From: Macrostomum hystrix
Lineage: Eukaryota; Animalia; Platyhelminthes
DNA length: 64,000 bases
Direction: 5' to 3'
Assembly: GCA_950097015.1 (NCBI GenBank)
Contig: CATNEN010000001.1
Coordinates: 8,308,001 to 8,372,000, forward strand
Part shown: one piece after another, positions 59,395 to 64,000 of the stretch
Numbering within the stretch: the stretch's first letter is position 1
Layout of the letters: each line of letters opens with the position of its first letter
Position numbers and translations under genes: made by a program
Notes under the pieces: model-generated
What the model saw: the letters and a program-made list of their open reading frames with translations, nothing else
Told to the model about the DNA's origin: nothing
Databases searched by the model: none

Positions 59395-62300
59395 TTAATG
59401 GCATTAATGAAATTAATCGTAATTAAAATTTAAACATTCTACTACATCTCACCACCCCACTTCCCCTCACTCTACTGCATCTCACTACCACACTTCCTCT
59501 CACTCTACTGCATCTCACTATCCCACTTCCTCTCACTCTACTGCATCTCACTATCCCACTTCCTCTCACTCTACTGCATATTACTACCACACTTACTCTC
59601 ACCCTACTGCTCTCCCTCTCACCCTACCTGATCCCCCTTTCACCATACCTGCTCTCCATCTCACCCTACTGATCTCCCTCTCACCCTACTAATCTAGGGA
59701 ATCTAGGGATTCTAGGGAAGGCACGGAATCGATTTTGGGACCTCCCTTAATCCAGATTGATCTCGACGAATTTTGAGTCCCTATGCTCTATGATAAATGT
59801 AGAGGAAATTGAAAATTAGAAGCAACCGTGTTAATTTATATACTAGCTAGCTATTATACTAAGTTGTCATGCAGAGTCATATAATTTCAGTCTACATGAG
59901 CAGGTCTTTCGGAAAGAATGAGCTATAGGATATGACTGAAACAGTATCCTATCGTTTCTACTAATAGTAGCACATGGCGAATTAATCTTCCTCCAAATAT
60001 TTTCGCATACGAAAAAAAAGTTGGAAAATTTAGTAGAAAATTTCGAAAATGATGCAAACAATATTTCCAAATTTAAGAGCAACTAGACATGTTAAAAGTG
60101 AAATAATAATATTTTTCTGCAACCATAAGTCACGTGTACTACACGAAAAGAAAAAAAACCGCGTAAAAAGTGATGTTTACAAAACCGTGCGCCCAGGCGG
60201 CGGGAGGCGTATAGCAAGGGCGTATAGGAAAATTGCTATGCGCCCAGGCGGCGGGAGGCGTATAGCAAGGGCGTATAGGAAAATCACTATGCGCCCCGGC
60301 GCCGGCTGGGCGTATAGCGGGGCGCACGGCGCCCCACTCTGCGCCCCAAAAAGCTGTCCCACCGGGTGGGTTACAAAATCGACACATGAATATGGAACGT
60401 CCGGAATATCGAGCCGTGACGGATCTTCAACAAAATCAACACAAGCAGTCGGCTAAAAGATCACGAATGCAACAATTTAACGGCGACGAACGCAGCCGAT
60501 GCTGACAACGAGCTGCGGACAAAATTAATAAACGATTGGAAGTTTTTTCAATTTTATTATACTGCATAAAACCTGAATTTGAAAGTGCAACTAAAATGAT
60601 AGCTGAGATAAAATGCTTTTGCTTAATTTATTGTTTGCCAAAAGAGTGCGATTTTTTCGCTCCTGCGCTTGTTGCCAGGCAGCATCGACGCCAGCGTTGT
60701 CGAGAACCCACCGCAACGCGTGCGTCTTGCGGTCCTGCAAAGTCAAGTTGTGTGAAAAGAAGCCTAGATCAGGAGAATCTGACTTTGTGCTGACTTAATT
60801 TTAAGGTATAATGAGAATTCTGTCAAGAAAGTAATGTCAGATTTTAAGCAGCCGTACTGATTTCACATTTAATTTGACATTTCGCTATTTTCTTCGTACC
60901 GACTTTATAATAATTCATTCCAATTGCAATTATCATAAATACCGACTATTTACCTTATCCATTTCACGATTGGAGCCCTACATTTCACGTAGGAGCCCAT
61001 TTGATTGACTATAGGTTCACTCGCTCATCGAATGTCTATTCACAATCTGTGTCAACAATGGAAGGCCTGTCAGTAGACAGAGCAGGACAGGTGACATCAG
61101 CCCTTAATGTGGTGCTTAACGTCATCTGACAGGCCAAAGCTGCGAGTTTAAGGAAACTGCGAGTTTTTGACTATCAAGTTTTGCTCAAATTTTTATATTT
61201 GTCGAAGTTTCCTTACGTTCGCTGTGAATTTTTATGTCAATACTAAAGCAGAAAAAAGACGCCAAACCATTTGTTAAATCTACATAACGACTTAGTAGTT
61301 TTACACTTATGACTTCAACTTAAAAGAATTACAACACAAAAACAGTGTTGTTTTATAAAACTTACAAATATGAAGTTAAGGTACTGCGTTTAAATAAAAA
61401 TATATATATATAATACCAAAATCTCAAACAAAGCTGAGCTTGTTTTATACCTTAAAATTCGTGTCGATGTTCGATCTACCTAATTACTTAAGCTCGATTT
61501 ACTTAAAAAACACTGATCGAATAGCAGACGGGACTTTCACTACTCGTCACTACACATGTACTCGTACGTTGATTATAAGAACCAGACTCGAGAATCTCCA
61601 TTCGATAATAAGTGTCCTATAAGTCTCCTGTTATCCACGACCTTGCGTCTTAATAATCACAGTTGTAAAAACGGCCTCCCTCGGGGCCACCTACACCGAG
61701 GACAAGGTCACACCCGCCTCTCTTCCGAAAAGAAGAGGGCCGCGCAAAAGAAAAAGCCAACACGCGGGGTGACGGCAAAACACTACTATAGGAAAAAGCA
61801 GTTTACAGGAGTATAGTGTCTATGACGAATAACAGCGTGGTGATAGGATAAAAAGGTTAGGTGGTTACAGGAAGTTTTAAAGTTACAAATCCTTCTGAGG
61901 CTTACTTTAGACGAAATTACATTGGCGTTACAGATGACATTACAGATGAATAGTTACGTTAAAGTCACGGTCATAACGACAGGTTACATTGGCGGTTTAC
62001 GACATTACGGAAAGCCAATTTTAGTTTCAACATTACATTGACATTAGACGGGCCGAGCGGGAGGCGTTCGAGCTACCGTGTGATTACAGGAAATTACATA
62101 GGTTACAAGGCGGCGCGGCGATTACAGAGATTGGCATTCTACTCGAAAGGCGGTGATACAGAAGGCAGAGGTGAGAGGCACGAGTCCAATCAACCGACGC
62201 CAAGCGTCAGGGCTGGCGGGACACGGCGCGGCAAAAGTCTTCCTCTGATCTTTTTACTTCATTTAATTCTACATGTACTACATCATTACACATGATTGCG

Positions 62301-62943
62301 CCATAATAAACCGTAACTGTAGCTAACACATGTGTAAGTTCTCTATGGTTTTACATTGGCGGGCGTAATACGAAATTGTTTCGAGAATTAATTTTATTTG
62401 TACTTCTGTGTATATAGTTTGGCCTAGCGTTATATGCACTAGTATATTGTGCATTTGACTTCCTGTAACTCTGTAACTCGTTAGAAACTTTTCATGATGC
62501 TATAATCTTGTAAGCGGTTATAGTTGCAGTTATCCTTATCGGCGGCCTTAGTGACTGCCACCAGTGAAGGTCAATTAGCTCGTGCCCAGGCCCGCAAGTC
62601 ACTAGTGTCTCCGCTGGCCAATTGGCGGGCCTGCTGATAATTTCATCGATTGAGAGATGTGCCGTGGCCTGATTGGCTGATGGCGTTATATTATGCTCGT
62701 ATGGTATGTTTTTTTATTATATTAATTTATGCTGTAGTATGATGCTTATACATTCCAGTGGCCTTTCGCAACTTGTAGTTATGGTACCGTATAAATGTTT
62801 CTGTTCCTGTATTACTGGCATGTATCAGGGGGCGATCTTTCTTTCTCTCTCCCATTTCCTATTTCCTAACCCCCGGAGTAACACGTGGCCGCCTAGTGCT
62901 GCCACGTGAGGTAGTTTAACGCCTTGCCCGGGGCGGCGGCGAT

Positions 62944-63610
62944 TTATTGAGGGTTGCCTACCAGCTGGAGCAGGTCGGACACTTGACACGTCCGGTACCT
63001 GACGGGCGGGCGGATTGGGCGCCCGTACCTGGATCTGGGCACCGCAGCTTGGGCTGGCGGTTCGACAACCGTGGCGACTGAATTTGCTACAAGTTCGGGT
63101 GGTTCTATCGGCTCGGATGCAGATAGGGAAGAATTCCCCAGCGAGACTGTGGGGTGATTCCGGGCTTTCTTGGCTGTGATCAAATAGCAGACGGGACTTT
63201 CACTACTCATGTCACTACACATATACTCGTACGTTGATTAGAAGAACCAGACTCGAGAATCTCCATTCTCGTTACTGAACTGAACTGGTGACAGTGCTGT
63301 CAGCGCTGACTTCGGCGGGGGGCCGTTCTTCAACGGCTACGGCCTCACCGGCTTCGGCGACCTGCTGCCCCTCTCCAGCTCCAGCTCCCGCCTCCTCCTC
63401 AGAAGCGCCTGAAGCCAGCGATGGCGTCTCGGGCCCTAACTCTTCACTCGGGCTTCTTGGCCGGACGGAGGGACTCTGGGAAATGGTCACAAGGCTGGGC
63501 TCGAGTGTCGCTCGTCTTATGGATTCGCCAGAGCTAGAGGAGCTGTCACTAAGAGACGATGAGGACCGAGCCTGGATTGCCTCACTGTACCTGTCTACTA
63601 CACCCTGATA
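62944..63610 (-). mobile_element. Probable Gypsy remnants; an 85-bp segment (63183-63268) is also present at about 61521-61603
   Basis: RSRYGRPIRPPVRY is typical of Gypsy integrase C-termini. Otherwise weak. Confidence 0.45.
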
Positions 63611-64000
63611 GGTGGGCTGCCTGATGCATGGCTTGAGGCTGTGAATCCACAGGACTCAGCAACTGTGGCACGAACTGACTGGCGGCCAGGCGGCTGGCCA
63701 GAGGCCAATCACACTGCCTCTCAAGACAGATTGCTCTGATCTGGACCTTCACGGTCTAGATCATCCTCTCAGCCTTGCCATTAGCCTGAGGGCGGCGGGC
63801 TGTGATCCGGCCTATATCAATTTGCAAGAGCCTAGTCAGTTCGGCCATTTATATTTATTGCTATTTATAAAGGCTGTCCTATTGTGAGACACCAGCTTCT
63901 CCATCACACCATACCTGGCAATCCGTTCAGTTAGGATGGTGGTGGAAGTGGTCTCGGCACTGACATCGGAGACTGGGGTGACCTCGACAAACCCGGTGAA

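Larger units (their letters stand above)
44681..60366. mobile_element. Non-autonomous CMC-like TIR element no. 2, 15.7 kb including the nested piggyBac; extra truncated left end at 45343
   Basis: TG|CCCGGTGGGACA ... TGTCCCACCGGG|TG: perfect 12-bp TIR with matching TG dinucleotides. TATRCGCCC subterminal repeats at both ends. Confidence 0.68.

Noticed and set aside
60400-62900. Short ORFs and possible LTR/primer-binding signals
   Set aside because: No recognisable domain or paired LTR inside the window.

Overview
Repeat-rich animal (metazoan) genomic DNA with spliceosomal introns. There is no prokaryotic content and no CRISPR array. 1-17 kb is a Helitron nest: an 18-bp satellite, two head-to-tail Helitron junctions in opposite orientations, an intron-containing Rep/Hel gene, and an RPA70-like OB-fold remnant, with BEL/Pao and Gypsy fragments inserted. 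17-26 kb holds a divergent ETS-domain gene, a predicted 3-exon orphan gene and a decayed DUF4806-like gene. The main observation is two large segments, 26077-34973 and 44681-60366. Each is bounded by CCCGGTGG.../...CCACCGGG inverted termini with TATRCGCCC subterminal repeats and its own matching 2-bp flanking duplication (TA/TA and TG/TG), which fits non-autonomous CMC (CACTA/EnSpm-type) DNA transposons. Both carry the same cargo: ETS-gene pieces, a polyQ microprotein whose reading frame shows a synonymous-substitution bias, an array of tandemly repeated non-coding exons, and an intact intronless Orange-less HES (bHLH-WRPW) gene. Between them lie a tRNA-derived SINE, a decayed Polinton/Maverick and scrambled LTR-retrotransposon pieces. 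An apparently intact piggyBac is nested in the second element. All family assignments come from motif recognition by eye; no searches were run.
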